Positions 30,064 to 40,531 of a DNA stretch of 64,000 bases are shown in pieces. The notes below the pieces were generated by a model. The model ran no database searches. It saw only the letters and a list, made by a program, of their open reading frames with translations, and was not told where the DNA came from. The DNA is from Nitrospirota bacterium (GTDB taxonomy: Bacteria > Nitrospirota > UBA9217): NCBI GenBank assembly GCA_035623825.1, contig DASPSR010000022.1, forward strand, positions 1 to 64,000, given 5' to 3'. A program made the translations under genes and the position numbers. Position 1 is the first letter of the stretch; each line of letters opens with the position of its first letter.

Positions 30064-30714
30064 TCATTTCACAAACCCGGCTGCTTTTAGTTCGCGCGCT
30101 ATTTTGCTTGTTGTAGCGTACATGAATGCCTCGGGTGTAGTGCTATCGATCGATCGCCCTCCAACCATGGTTTTCCCGAGCCAAGCGATGTTGCCGCTCT
30201 GGCGATCAAAAAGTCCCAGCTGTCCGTAGGCAACCCCTTGATACCCAGATTTTGATTCTAAGGCGCGTAGTACAGAATCATCTGCCCCGCCCCATAACGC
30301 CACATTCTTATAAAAATTTAATGAACCACTCGCTGTTGCCGAGGCTGATGAAGATAAGTCTGAAATCGTGCCGAAGTACTGCGTTTCCGATTGATCATCA
30401 ACACGCACCACGACGAGAATCGCGTCCGCGCCTGAATCTTGTAGGTACTTTGCGACCTCATCGGCTGTATAAAATTTAGCTTGAATGGTTGGCGGTAATA
30501 CTGATGTCCCAGGATTACATGGTGTCGGAGCAAGCTCCTTGCACATCTGCCGCTCGAATTCAATGCCATACCTGGGCGCCATGCCATGGGCAAAAACGAC
30601 TAACGCGGTAAACTGCCTGGTTGCGAATTCAGGATTTCGATATGCCGTGATTTTCGCAGTGGCACAGCCCGATAGCAGGAATGCAGAAATCAAAAGGCAG
30701 GTGAACCGGCGCAT
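30064..30714 (-). CDS. hypothetical lipoprotein
   Basis: Lipobox LSGC; GAGGAG RBS. Confidence 0.7.
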   Translation of the reverse strand: MRRFTCLLISAFLLSGCATAKITAYRNPEFATRQFTALVVFAHGMAPRYGIEFERQMCKELAPTPCNPGTSVLPPTIQAKFYTADEVAKYLQDSGADAILVVVRVDDQSETQYFGTISDLSSSASATASGSLNFYKNVALWGGADDSVLRALESKSGYQGVAYGQLGLFDRQSGNIAWLGKTMVGGRSIDSTTPEAFMYATTSKIARELKAAGFVK

Positions 30715-31008
30715 AATTAATCTCCTCAGGTTATCATGAAAACCGTGCTGGAACTAATATATGCCTGTTTCAGGGCGTTGTCAACGAGGGTGAATTAATA
30801 AGTTCGGAAAATGAAAGGCCCCGGTCTCCCGGGGCTATCCAATCCGTTTAATGAGAACGGGAAGGGTGCGGAGTGCACCTTTTCGGCGTGGGTGACCTAT
30901 CCTGTATCTATGAAAAGCATACCACAACCAGCACGCCTATGCTGCGGAAATTGCATCGAAGACGAGAATTATCTTTCAGGAAAGAGTTCTCGTAACCACT
31001 GCCGGACT

Positions 31009-32577
31009 TCAGCCTGCAAGCGAGGATTCTATCTCGCGCTCCTCTTCTTCCGCAATTTTGGCTCCCTTGTCGACATCAATGCGCAGAAGCAAAATGATGC
31101 CGATCATGAAGAAGACGGCGATTGACAGAATGCTCGATTTCGGGTTGTGCGTCACCTGCCCCACTACGGCATAGAGAAAGGGTCCCAGGATGCCGGCAAA
31201 TTTTTCGCTAAGCCCGTAAAGCCCAAAAAACTCTCCTGATCGCGAAGGAGGGGACAGCCTTGCATAGATCGTTCTGCTGAGGGCCTGGGTCCCTCCCTGG
31301 ACGGTTCCAACCAGCCATCCGAGCATAAAGAATTCCGCCTTCGTCGATAGGAAAAAACCCCAAATCGGGACAATCATGTATATCATCAATCCCACGATGA
31401 CTGCCCGTTTCGTATCGATCCTTGTAGCGAGGCTGGTAAACAGGAAGCGGCCGATAGCAAGCGAAAAGATAACACCCCCGATCTGGTCTGCAGCCACGAT
31501 GAGCAAGGCTGAAGGGAGATTGTCCGTACCAGCCGTTTTTGCATAGACACCGGCCAGCGGCAGGGTGATGGCGGTCCAGAGAAGCATCGAGAGGTACGCT
31601 CCCCGCCATCGGTTCCCCCGGTCGGGGATACGACCGAATAGGATAGCATACGGGAACGCCACAAACTGGGTCATGAGTAGCGTCGTAATGAGCACTCCCA
31701 TGTCGAGGCCGAGCGCCGCGCCGTATGCCGTTGCAAGAAGAATGATCGCGCCCACTCCCTCCATATAGAACCAGAAGGCAATGAGCATCTTGAAAAGCTC
31801 CTTATACCTCCTTATGTCTCGAATGGTCCGGGCAATCTGGACAAATGAGTCGCGCAGCGGCAGACTGCTTCTTCCCCAGCTCAGCGACAGTATCCGAGGC
31901 TCGGGGACATTGAAGGCATAGGGAATCGTGAAACCGATCCACCATACCCCGACGGACAGAAAAGCTGTCCGGATGGCAACATCATTGCTGATCCCAATGC
32001 GGCCGGCCAGGAAAAAGATCGTCGTATTCAGAGCCAGCAGCAGGCCACCACCGATATAACCCATAGCATAGCCAAGGCTGGATACGCGATTCAAGTCCTC
32101 AGGATGAGCAGTATGCGGCAGGAGACTGCTGTTCAGGCCAAGCGCAATGTTCATGATGACCTGGGTCAGAAAATACAGGACCAGCGCGGGTATCCACATC
32201 CCGTCCTTCAGCAGGAACATCGATGAGGCCAGGAGCCCCCCTGCAAAGGTCAGCCGGATCAGTATGCTCTTTCGCCTGTCGGTCAGATCGGCATACGTGC
32301 CGATAAGCGGGGCAAGGACAGCGGCGGTAAAAAGGGAGAGAGCAATCGTAAATGCAAAGATATTCGAAGCGCTGTCGCGTGCAAGGGCCCTTGCCGCTTC
32401 ATTTGTTTCGCCCATGCCCGTTGTCAGGAATGCTGGAACGGCCAGCGCAAGAAAATAAGGAGGGAAATAGGTCGTCGCCGTTGTCGTGATATAGGCGTGG
32501 TTTGCCCAATCGTACAGCGCCCATGAGAGAACACGGCGGCCATATGTTTTGTCATTTGTGTGCTGGATACGTCGCAA
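31009..32577 (-). CDS. MFS transporter, UMF1/ATG22-like
   Basis: WALYDWAN, RVSSLGYAMGYIGG, GGTQALSR..Y..L.P..SGEFFGLY. Confidence 0.9.
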   Translation of the reverse strand: MRRIQHTNDKTYGRRVLSWALYDWANHAYITTTATTYFPPYFLALAVPAFLTTGMGETNEAARALARDSASNIFAFTIALSLFTAAVLAPLIGTYADLTDRRKSILIRLTFAGGLLASSMFLLKDGMWIPALVLYFLTQVIMNIALGLNSSLLPHTAHPEDLNRVSSLGYAMGYIGGGLLLALNTTIFFLAGRIGISNDVAIRTAFLSVGVWWIGFTIPYAFNVPEPRILSLSWGRSSLPLRDSFVQIARTIRDIRRYKELFKMLIAFWFYMEGVGAIILLATAYGAALGLDMGVLITTLLMTQFVAFPYAILFGRIPDRGNRWRGAYLSMLLWTAITLPLAGVYAKTAGTDNLPSALLIVAADQIGGVIFSLAIGRFLFTSLATRIDTKRAVIVGLMIYMIVPIWGFFLSTKAEFFMLGWLVGTVQGGTQALSRTIYARLSPPSRSGEFFGLYGLSEKFAGILGPFLYAVVGQVTHNPKSSILSIAVFFMIGIILLLRIDVDKGAKIAEEEEREIESSLAG

Positions 32578-32620
32578 TTCAGTCCTTTTTATGCCGGTCG
32601 TTTTGCGGGTTAGGCTGTCT

Positions 32621-32800
32621 TACGGCACAATCTCCCTGGACATCGATATGCCGGTAATGGACGGCATTGGATTCCGCGGTGCGCGCACCATGCGGATTTA
32701 TTTCCGCACTGTCGGGCGTTTTTTAATCCGGATAGTCCGATTATCTGGAACAGACCGGCATCCGGTATCTGGCATAGCCAGCGTCAGAGAAATCGTGACC
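32621..32800 (+). pseudogene. response-regulator receiver-domain relic
   Basis: ISLDIDMPVMDGIGF (phospho-Asp motif), then a frameshifted TGIRYLA*PAS in which the KP lysine is TAG (32775-32777). Confidence 0.6.
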
Positions 32801-32857
32801 GATAAGAGGACATCCAGCCGGGGTATCTGGACCGTCGTCAAGAGCCAATGTTGCCGG

Positions 32858-35263
32858 TCATCTCCGACGTCGTGCCAAGGTCCAAATCCCGATCGCAGCA
32901 GCTCCAGCTATGAAAAGTCCCCAACCTGCCCGCAGAAGCGGCGTATGGTACTCAAAAACGACGCTATGGGTGCCAGCTTCCACCCAAACTCCGCGAGCCA
33001 GATAATTCGCAGGCAGGATTTCGGACGCGTGCCCGTCAACTGATACAGTCCAGCCTGGTGCATAGGCGTCGTTGAGGACCAACAAGGCCCGATGGTCTGA
33101 CCTTGTCTCTAATGCCGTATGTTCCGGTTCATCCTGAATGATCTTCGCATCGCCATATGACGGAGCATAATCAGTCGGGACTGACGACTCCAACACGACA
33201 AAACCTGAGGAAATTGCATTGGGCTCAAGAGCGAACATCAATGCCCCCTTATCGTCAGCCTCCATGAGCTTTTTCGCCAGGTAGGCGCGAGGGCGGTGCG
33301 GTATCTCGACTGCATAGGCAGGCAGCTCAGCATCGGTGCCTAAGACTCGATAAGGAGGCGGCACTTTTACCTGTGCTGCCGCGTCCGGTTTGTCGGGTAC
33401 AATCGCCGACGAAACTCCCCAAAGGCCTGCTCCGATCATCGGTGTGAAATTTGTCGCTAATTCGTATCTATACATCCTGTCCTGGATCATGCCTTCATAG
33501 GGCCGGAAATTGCCAACGTGAGAAGGCACATTCCACGGGGCATCCAGGGTATGAGCAAACCAGCGATACATCCTCTCAAATGTGTCCAATGACGGCCAGC
33601 GATCTATTTGGGGACCAAATGGAACGATCGTTCGCTGGATACCGTCCTCCTGATTCAAGGCTGAAGCCAACGGAGGAGGGCTCCAGTGGAGGTTGTCGCT
33701 CAGATAAAATGCTCCTCGGTTTGCCAATGCGACATCGACGATCAGTACAAAGACAAGTGCTGCCCGAGATGCACGGGGAATCCAGTTTCGGCTTATGGAA
33801 TAAGAAACCAATCCTAACGGTACGGATGCGAGTGCCACATGCAAAAAGCCTTTGAACAGGTTCATGACCAGGGCTTCAGCCAGTGCTTGATTGTTTCCTC
33901 GTAGAACAAGTTGCGAAGCAGCATCGGGTGCTAAGGCAAGTGACGCCGCCACTAAAAATGAGACGACAGATGCTGTTCCTGCCAAGACTGCGAGACGCTT
34001 TGCCAGATGCCGGTCATCAGCTACGGCATCGATGCCAAAAGCGGACGCCATCGATACAAACAGGGTTGTCCAGATGGCCATCTTCTCCCAGTACCGGAAC
34101 GATCTGAGAATCGGGATCTGGCCTGCTATTTCCCAAAAACCACCATTGGCTCCCATTGCCATCCATGCGAATAGCGCTGCAATGACCAGCATCCACCGCG
34201 CAGATCGCGCGCGAAATGCGCCCGTTACGGCAAGGGTGAAGCACACCGCCCCGAGATATATGGAGAGGGCCCACGGATAAGGTGTCCATTCATTACCGGC
34301 GTATAATTGATAGAGAGGGTTGGCCAAGCTCCCCGGATCGCCCCGGAAGACGTGGGGTACTATGAACTCGGCAAGTCGGAAGGCGTGCAAGTTCCACTTC
34401 TCATAATCGAGCGGTAGGAGAGCCATGTTACGCGATGTATGCGGCAACCAAGCGAACACAGGAAGGTAGAAAGGCGCCGCACTAACGACGCTTGCCAGCA
34501 ATGCGATGAGCCCGCGTGCGGCCGCGCGTGGGCGTCCTTCTTTCGGACCAGCGGCAAATATCGCATAAAACGGGAGCATCAGCACGACGAAACCCCAACT
34601 CTGGGGATCGCCCGCAGAAGCGCATAGCGCTGAGGCCAGGCATAGGAGTGCTAGTCGAGAAGGAGTACCATGAATGAACCAGGCATGTGCCACGGCGAAT
34701 ACGAGCGGGAGTGTTGCATATGCCGAAAGGAATTGCAGATTGCTGCTCTCGCTCACCAAGAACCCCGAGATCCCAAAGGCGAGACCAGCGCCGATCGAGG
34801 CATACCAGCTCCTTCCAAGGCAACGTGCCCACGCAAAACCTCCCGCCATGGCGATAAAATACATGAGGAGTATCCAGAGTTTGAAGCCTAAGTCAAGCGA
34901 AGGGAGCAGAAGCAGATTGAACGGATGCTGGGCAGAATCAATGGCTCCTGCCACGATGGGTACGCCCAATCCTGAATAGGGATTCCATGCAGGGAACCGA
35001 CCATGCAACAGTTCCTGCGAAATGTATCGCTTCATCGGCTCGAATAAGCGGCCGGTGTCCAAATACACAAACTGTGCGGAAGAGAATACAGCGGGAGCAA
35101 AAAAAACGACCAGGACTGAAGCCATCACTGCATGTGCGAGAAGAAGCGCATGTTTCGGGTTGCCTTTCTGAGACTGAGTGGTATCGTTGATTCGAATATC
35201 CATGTTGTCGTGAGAATTATCGTTCACCACTATCTCCTCGCCAGGCGGGTTCGCCATGTGCAC
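32858..35263 (-). CDS. YfhO-family polytopic membrane protein (GT-C-like glycosyltransferase); start uncertain
   Basis: G.FPAWNPYSGLGVP, PRAY, LVLNDAYAPGWTV.VDG, ANYLARGV.V..G.H.V.F.Y. Confidence 0.85.
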   Translation of the reverse strand: MHMANPPGEEIVVNDNSHDNMDIRINDTTQSQKGNPKHALLLAHAVMASVLVVFFAPAVFSSAQFVYLDTGRLFEPMKRYISQELLHGRFPAWNPYSGLGVPIVAGAIDSAQHPFNLLLLPSLDLGFKLWILLMYFIAMAGGFAWARCLGRSWYASIGAGLAFGISGFLVSESSNLQFLSAYATLPLVFAVAHAWFIHGTPSRLALLCLASALCASAGDPQSWGFVVLMLPFYAIFAAGPKEGRPRAAARGLIALLASVVSAAPFYLPVFAWLPHTSRNMALLPLDYEKWNLHAFRLAEFIVPHVFRGDPGSLANPLYQLYAGNEWTPYPWALSIYLGAVCFTLAVTGAFRARSARWMLVIAALFAWMAMGANGGFWEIAGQIPILRSFRYWEKMAIWTTLFVSMASAFGIDAVADDRHLAKRLAVLAGTASVVSFLVAASLALAPDAASQLVLRGNNQALAEALVMNLFKGFLHVALASVPLGLVSYSISRNWIPRASRAALVFVLIVDVALANRGAFYLSDNLHWSPPPLASALNQEDGIQRTIVPFGPQIDRWPSLDTFERMYRWFAHTLDAPWNVPSHVGNFRPYEGMIQDRMYRYELATNFTPMIGAGLWGVSSAIVPDKPDAAAQVKVPPPYRVLGTDAELPAYAVEIPHRPRAYLAKKLMEADDKGALMFALEPNAISSGFVVLESSVPTDYAPSYGDAKIIQDEPEHTALETRSDHRALLVLNDAYAPGWTVSVDGHASEILPANYLARGVWVEAGTHSVVFEYHTPLLRAGWGLFIAGAAAIGIWTLARRRR

Positions 35264-36004
35264 CGGCCCGTCCGACTATTGACCGCACCACATTGAACAA
35301 TCCAGAAAAAAGATGTGAAGCATGTGACCTGCACGAAATCACCAATCACGGAGGAAGGTGGTCTCGTTTGATGGCGACATTTATTATAATACTCAAACTA
35401 ATCCATATCAAGTACAACATGCTCGCAATCAATTGCACGAGCTGCCTGGTCGAAGATAAGGAGAAAACCATGAAACACCTTCCTCTTGCAGCGCTGCTCG
35501 ATGTCGCGGGGTCTTATCGGCGGATCAGGAACAAGTGAACGAAAGGGCGTAACGGCAAAAGTCGAGCATGAAAGGGTGATTTGGGCCATTTGGATGACCT
35601 AAACGTCAAGTACAAGTTGCGAATTACCGATCTGATTATTTGACCGGTGAGGCGTGCAAGAGAACGTAAGCACGCAGATTCGCAGCATAGACGGCTTGGA
35701 TATGGGTTATTTGTAAGGAGAGGTTGATGGCCGGAGGATTTTCGCGTGCTCACGCCTGCATTGATCGTGGATGCCTTCCCGATCATGCGCGGGGATTTCT
35801 ACAATTAGTGATTACGAATATCTGCCATTCCGCGACGGGATTTTTTCCCGCGATTCATGACTTCATTGTATCGATATTGGTGCCGCGATCCTGCAAACCA
35901 ACGCTATGAGCGGGGGCTGACGCTGGCGCTGCGCATAACTTTTCTTTTGTAGATCTTGTTTTATGCTCCTTCAGATTGGCTGTCGTGAGGCAGTCAAGGA
36001 CCGT

Positions 36005-36976
36005 TCACTCCTTTGCCGGCGTCCATGTCTTGTCGGGATTGTATGATTTCATCTGCTGGGCGATCTTCATGGTGTCCGGTCCGAGGTTCTTCTGGTATAT
36101 CTTCCCTTGCTGGTTAACGATAAAGGTCATCACTCCTGACTTGCCCCAGTCTGATGGGAATGCGACAAGGGCAAAGCCTCCGACCATGTTCCCATTGACA
36201 ATGTAATTGTACTTGCCTCCCGGGGCATACTTCCCCTGCCGGGTCAATATCTTGAAATAATATCCATGAAACGGTACCGGCTGTTCCTTGAAGAGGGACT
36301 TTCCTTTTTTATATCCCTCCGTGCGGGCTTGCGTCACGAGTTCGCCCAAGGGGCTTACTGGTTCGCCCGGCGCGTGCCTCCAGAACAGACCGTTCTTCTT
36401 GCCGGGATCACTCCGGAGCTTTTGCGCATACGCGAGGATTCCATTCCCCTCCCAGTCTATCAGGACATAGTCGCGCTGCGCCTTGACATAGGTGCGGCAG
36501 ACGAAGATGGCCGTCAGTTCATTTTCTCCGATACGCCGGTTCAGGATCTCCTCTTGTCCCGATGCGCTATCAAAGAACCATTGACCATGCTGTTTTACCA
36601 GGGGAATCGGAAAGGGCCAGTTTTCATTGCCTATGTAAATAATCGCCCTTGCATCATTCTCTTTGACTATGTTGGTCTTCTCAGCAACATGTTTGGCAAA
36701 TTCCTCGAATTCAGCGGCTTCCTGCACCTCATCGCTGGAGCGGAGGTCCTTTGCGGACGGTCCGAATATCTGCTCAAGCGCGGCCTTGTCGTGTGCCGTG
36801 ACCGCGTCGACGAGTCCCTTTAAGGCATCTTCAGGGGTGGCAAATAATCTTTGCTGTGCTTCCCCCATGAGCGGTGTGCTCCAAGAGGCGCACAAGGCCG
36901 CGGTAACCAAAAGCGCAGCGATAAAAGTTATGCCTCGCGGCGTACGAAATGAGAATTTCCATTGCATTGTCTCCAT
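36005..36976 (-). CDS. DUF2950 family protein
   Basis: FATPEDA, WPFPIPLVK, EILNRRIGENEL, PFHGYYFKILT.QG, SGVMTFIVNQ.G..YQKNLG. Confidence 0.9.
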   Translation of the reverse strand: METMQWKFSFRTPRGITFIAALLVTAALCASWSTPLMGEAQQRLFATPEDALKGLVDAVTAHDKAALEQIFGPSAKDLRSSDEVQEAAEFEEFAKHVAEKTNIVKENDARAIIYIGNENWPFPIPLVKQHGQWFFDSASGQEEILNRRIGENELTAIFVCRTYVKAQRDYVLIDWEGNGILAYAQKLRSDPGKKNGLFWRHAPGEPVSPLGELVTQARTEGYKKGKSLFKEQPVPFHGYYFKILTRQGKYAPGGKYNYIVNGNMVGGFALVAFPSDWGKSGVMTFIVNQQGKIYQKNLGPDTMKIAQQMKSYNPDKTWTPAKE

Positions 36977-37056
36977 AACGTTCTTCCTTTCCAGATTCAA
37001 TTTGTCCCGTCATATCGAAACGTAACTGACGCAATGCTGCAACCGTGTCATCGCTG

Positions 37057-38409
37057 CTAGCGCGGTCTCCCCGTCGGTGCATTCCCGCCAGCGGGGGCAC
37101 GTGCGTGACCCTCGGCGGACCCGGTCGGGCGCATCCTTTCAGCGCTTTGACGACTGGCCTGGCCACGGAGGCTCTGTTCCCTGGCTTCATTAGCACCTCT
37201 GTATCCGCCGAAAGCAACTGATGGGGTCCGGCCGGGCTGGCTCGAGGGGCTGCTGCTGACGCGCGGAGTAGCCGATGTCGGCTGCTGACCCGTCTCTGGG
37301 GTCGGCGTAGTCCGCTGCTCCCTTAGGTCGGAAGGAGGCACTGACGGTTGCTGGCCGAAAGCTGGGGCAGGCACGTTGGGCCGCGGGCTTACGCCTGGGT
37401 TCACTGGCTCAGGCGGTGTCCCGGCTATGCCACGGCTTTCTCGACCGCGACTGCTGTACGCGTAGGTGTCCCCCCTGGGGCCGAACATTCCTCCAGCCGG
37501 CCTCGGTTGTATCGCCGTCCGACCCTCGACCTCACCGGTACGCATGTGCCATTCTGCGTTCGGGCCGCTGGGGTGAGACGCGAGGTAACTAGCCGGACCG
37601 CCGTGCGATCTATCATGTATCCATGTCTGATTTACATACGGCCTGCTGCGGTCGATATATACATTCCTTACATGAACATATGGCCTTGCATTATTGACCC
37701 AGCCGGGGCGGTCCCATCCGTGGTAGATTACGTGGTGGTGACCCCAGTCAAAGTCCATGCTCAGCCAGCCTCCGATCGCAAGGCCATAACCAAACGTAAT
37801 GAAAGGCGGACCGCTCGGGATGGGTTCCTCGATATATACAACCGAAGGGTCATACTGGGGGACATAAACATACTGAGGTTGGGTCGGGACGATCTGTATA
37901 TAGTCTCCCTGGATGATGACGGTTTGTTCATTGTTACTGACTAGATTGCCGACAGACCGCGCCCGCCACCTGAGCCGCTGGATCGAATTGGCTACGTCTT
38001 CCGGCTGGTTGAGAAAGGCATCTCCCAAATTGGCCGTCCAGTCCATGTTAGCTGCCATCATCTGAAGAATATTTGGATAGTGGGCAATTGCCTTGACGGA
38101 ATCAGCCCAGTTCTGCTCATCAACAATTGACACATCCCCGCCGCTGTTAAGCCACGCCGCAGCATCGGCGACCTCCATCGGATACGTCGAGGCCGGAAGA
38201 ATCTGGGCCAGCAGGGGATCGGGGTATAGTGCTACGGGGGCGAGGAGATCTTCAAGCTCCTGGTCCGTAAAGGATGATGAGTATGACAGATCCGTGTCTT
38301 GCGCCCTGGCCTGAATGGACAGGAAGGTTGAAAGGAATAACAAAAACGCAAGCAGGAAGCCCTTTATAAGGGTGCTGTTCAAAGGCGCACGTCCTTTCTT
38401 TTTATGCAA
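37057..38409 (-). CDS. DUF3300 domain protein with Pro/Gly/Arg-rich tail; start uncertain
   Basis: LLAPVALYPDPLLAQILPASTYP, WADSVKA, LGDAFLNQ, YVPQYDP.VVY. Confidence 0.9.
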   Translation of the reverse strand: MHKKKGRAPLNSTLIKGFLLAFLLFLSTFLSIQARAQDTDLSYSSSFTDQELEDLLAPVALYPDPLLAQILPASTYPMEVADAAAWLNSGGDVSIVDEQNWADSVKAIAHYPNILQMMAANMDWTANLGDAFLNQPEDVANSIQRLRWRARSVGNLVSNNEQTVIIQGDYIQIVPTQPQYVYVPQYDPSVVYIEEPIPSGPPFITFGYGLAIGGWLSMDFDWGHHHVIYHGWDRPGWVNNARPYVHVRNVYIDRSRPYVNQTWIHDRSHGGPASYLASHPSGPNAEWHMRTGEVEGRTAIQPRPAGGMFGPRGDTYAYSSRGRESRGIAGTPPEPVNPGVSPRPNVPAPAFGQQPSVPPSDLREQRTTPTPETGQQPTSATPRVSSSPSSQPGRTPSVAFGGYRGANEAREQSLRGQASRQSAERMRPTGSAEGHARAPAGGNAPTGRPR

Positions 38410-38677
38410 CGGATCTTTATAGACGGTATTCGATTCTCTTCATGACGCCGAGTTTTTCCCAACTTATTCGATATTGTATTAGACACGATTTGAAGTTAAA
38501 AGTTGCACCGTTTTCCCCCGTTATCGAAAAATAATAGGAGCTCATGGTATCAATTTCTAAATGCCACATTGCTCGCGGCTGGATTCACACTATTGGAGCA
38601 CATGAATTTTTCCAGTTAAACGGAAAAATTAAAATGCTAGAATTGTCATATCATAAAAAAGCATAAAGAATATATCC

Positions 38678-38846
38678 TGTTTCAGAATGAAACACATATA
38701 TTCTCTAAAATGCTGTCGGATTAATCACAATCGATCTTAGAATTCAATGAAGTAACCCTCGGTAGATATTAATTTATTTCCTGATAATGGAGACGTGTCT
38801 CGCGAGTATTCACAGATAATGTTCGAACGTGTTTAATCATGAAACA
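38678..38846. promoter_or_regulatory. two palindromic TGT-N11-ACA sites, candidate enhancers for a sigma-54 activator
   Basis: TGTTTCAGAATGAAACA (38678-38694) and TGTTTAATCATGAAACA (38830-38846). Confidence 0.55.
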
Positions 38847-38899
38847 GCACTAGAAATCACATTACAATAAATTACCAATGATTACAACGTGTAGCGATC

Positions 38900-38915
38900 T
38901 GGCACCACATTTGCT
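38900..38915 (+). promoter_or_regulatory. sigma-54 (-24/-12) promoter
   Basis: TGGCAC-CACAT-TTGCT with exact GG-N10-GC spacing, 43 nt before the 38958 ATG. Confidence 0.8.
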
Positions 38916-38957
38916 CATAAATATATGGAAGAAATCATTCCATAGGAGGATTCTATC

Positions 38958-39494
38958 ATGCCCAGGGAACATATGTTGTTCGTAACTTACCATGACTCAG
39001 ATATCGAGGACGGGATTGCCTATGTGGTCGAATTAGCCAGAGCCTTGAGTGAGGATATCGTCGTTCTATTGATTCATAAAAAGGACACCATCCTGAAGAA
39101 GTTAGAAAATAAAATGATTGCAATCACGTTTGCTGAGGCCGGCGATCATAAGACAGCAGTGGAGATGGCTAAGCCGGCCAATGAAAAGAGTCCGAGAGAT
39201 GATAGCGGAAAAATCAGGGATCTCGTTCTCAGAATGCGTAAGTCAGGACTCCACCTGAGCGTAGAGAGCACTAATCAAAAGCTGGTTCCCGGCATTCGCA
39301 GTTATGTCAAACAATATCCCAGCGTAGACAAGGTCGTCCTGAGTCCTGCAGTGACCGAAAGCGAGGCATTGACCACGCGCGACCTGAGCGCTTTGGTACG
39401 GACGGCATCCCGTCCGCTTGTAACGATGACAAGACAAGCAGTTCGCGAAGCGCTCCACTCTGCAAATTCCCCAAAGAAAAGATTCGCCGCATGA
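38958..39494 (+). CDS. hypothetical protein, degenerate USP-like fold
   Basis: AGGAGG RBS; AITFAEAGDHKTA, VVLSP, RPLVTM pattern. Confidence 0.7.
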   Translation: MPREHMLFVTYHDSDIEDGIAYVVELARALSEDIVVLLIHKKDTILKKLENKMIAITFAEAGDHKTAVEMAKPANEKSPRDDSGKIRDLVLRMRKSGLHLSVESTNQKLVPGIRSYVKQYPSVDKVVLSPAVTESEALTTRDLSALVRTASRPLVTMTRQAVREALHSANSPKKRFAA

Positions 39495-39709
39495 GTATTC
39501 ATCGGCTCCGTGTTTTTTGATTTGCTTTGCCATCCCGGTTTATGCGGTGTCAGGCATTACCGGTCTGCTCCTTCCAGTCATTTAGATCCGGTTGTCAGTC
39601 CAAGTGAGGATAATTCGTGATAATTCTGTGCGCCGATGTTCCAGCCTGACAGGAAACGGTCAGTCGTCGCCGTACTGTTGATCCTGTATTGCCAAGAGGG
39701 CATCAATTC

Positions 39710-40531
39710 ATGAAGAAACGCGAAGTGCAAAATAATAAACTCAGGATTTTAAGAACCAAAGGAGCGATTTATCTCCTGTTTGCGGTTTTTATGATACAAG
39801 GTTTGAATACTTCATCCGCTCATGCTATGATCTCCATCAAGGCAAACCACGAAGACATCAAGATCGATTTCTTCTATCACGGAAGCACGGTAATTTTTTC
39901 AGGAGAGGCAGATGAGGGGACCGATCTCGTCATAAAGGTCGCTTCACCCGATAGTCATCAGATTATGAAGAAAAAGGGCAAGGTCGGCGGACTTCTCTGG
40001 ATGACCGTGGGAACCGTGAAATTCGAGCAGACGCCGAGCTTGTATCATATCCATAGCACAAAGGCGCTGGACGACATTCTCGGGGCCGAGGAGCAGCAAA
40101 AGTATGTAATCGGGTATCCCGCACTCAGGAAGCACGCGGAGATCGTCCCCGTCATCGACGAGGCCGATAAGAATCATTGGCTCAATGAGTTCGTGATGTT
40201 CCAGGAGCAGATGAGATTGTACACTGTGTCAGCCGGGAAGATCATTGCAACACCGCTTGGGAATGGACGGCAAAGATACAGCATCACGACCGAGTGGCCA
40301 TATCAGGCCGCACCCGGCAACTATACGGCCACAATCTATGCAGTAAAAGACAGGAAAGTTTTGGATCTTGCTGCAACAAAGATTTCGGTCGAGCAGACAG
40401 GCATCGTCGAGATGCTATCGACGATGGCGAAGAACAGAGCGGCCCTCTATGGGATTCTCTCCGTGGGAATCGCGCTGGCGGCCGGGTTCGGCGTGGGCAT
40501 ACTATTCAGAAAGGGAGGAGGTTCTCACTAA
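39710..40531 (+). CDS. TIGR02186-like conserved membrane protein
   Basis: Signal peptide, IDFFYHGS, KKKGKVGGLLWM, PGNY, C-terminal TM LYGILSV.IAL.AG.GVG. Confidence 0.75.
   Translation: MKKREVQNNKLRILRTKGAIYLLFAVFMIQGLNTSSAHAMISIKANHEDIKIDFFYHGSTVIFSGEADEGTDLVIKVASPDSHQIMKKKGKVGGLLWMTVGTVKFEQTPSLYHIHSTKALDDILGAEEQQKYVIGYPALRKHAEIVPVIDEADKNHWLNEFVMFQEQMRLYTVSAGKIIATPLGNGRQRYSITTEWPYQAAPGNYTATIYAVKDRKVLDLAATKISVEQTGIVEMLSTMAKNRAALYGILSVGIALAAGFGVGILFRKGGGSH

Noticed and set aside
35264-36000. Short ORFs including MKHLPLAALLDVAGSYRRIRNK after an AGGAG
   Set aside because: Too short and without motifs; likely gene debris.
40294-40530. N-terminal extension of the USP ORF
   Set aside because: Overlaps the upstream gene; the USP domain begins at ATG 40531.
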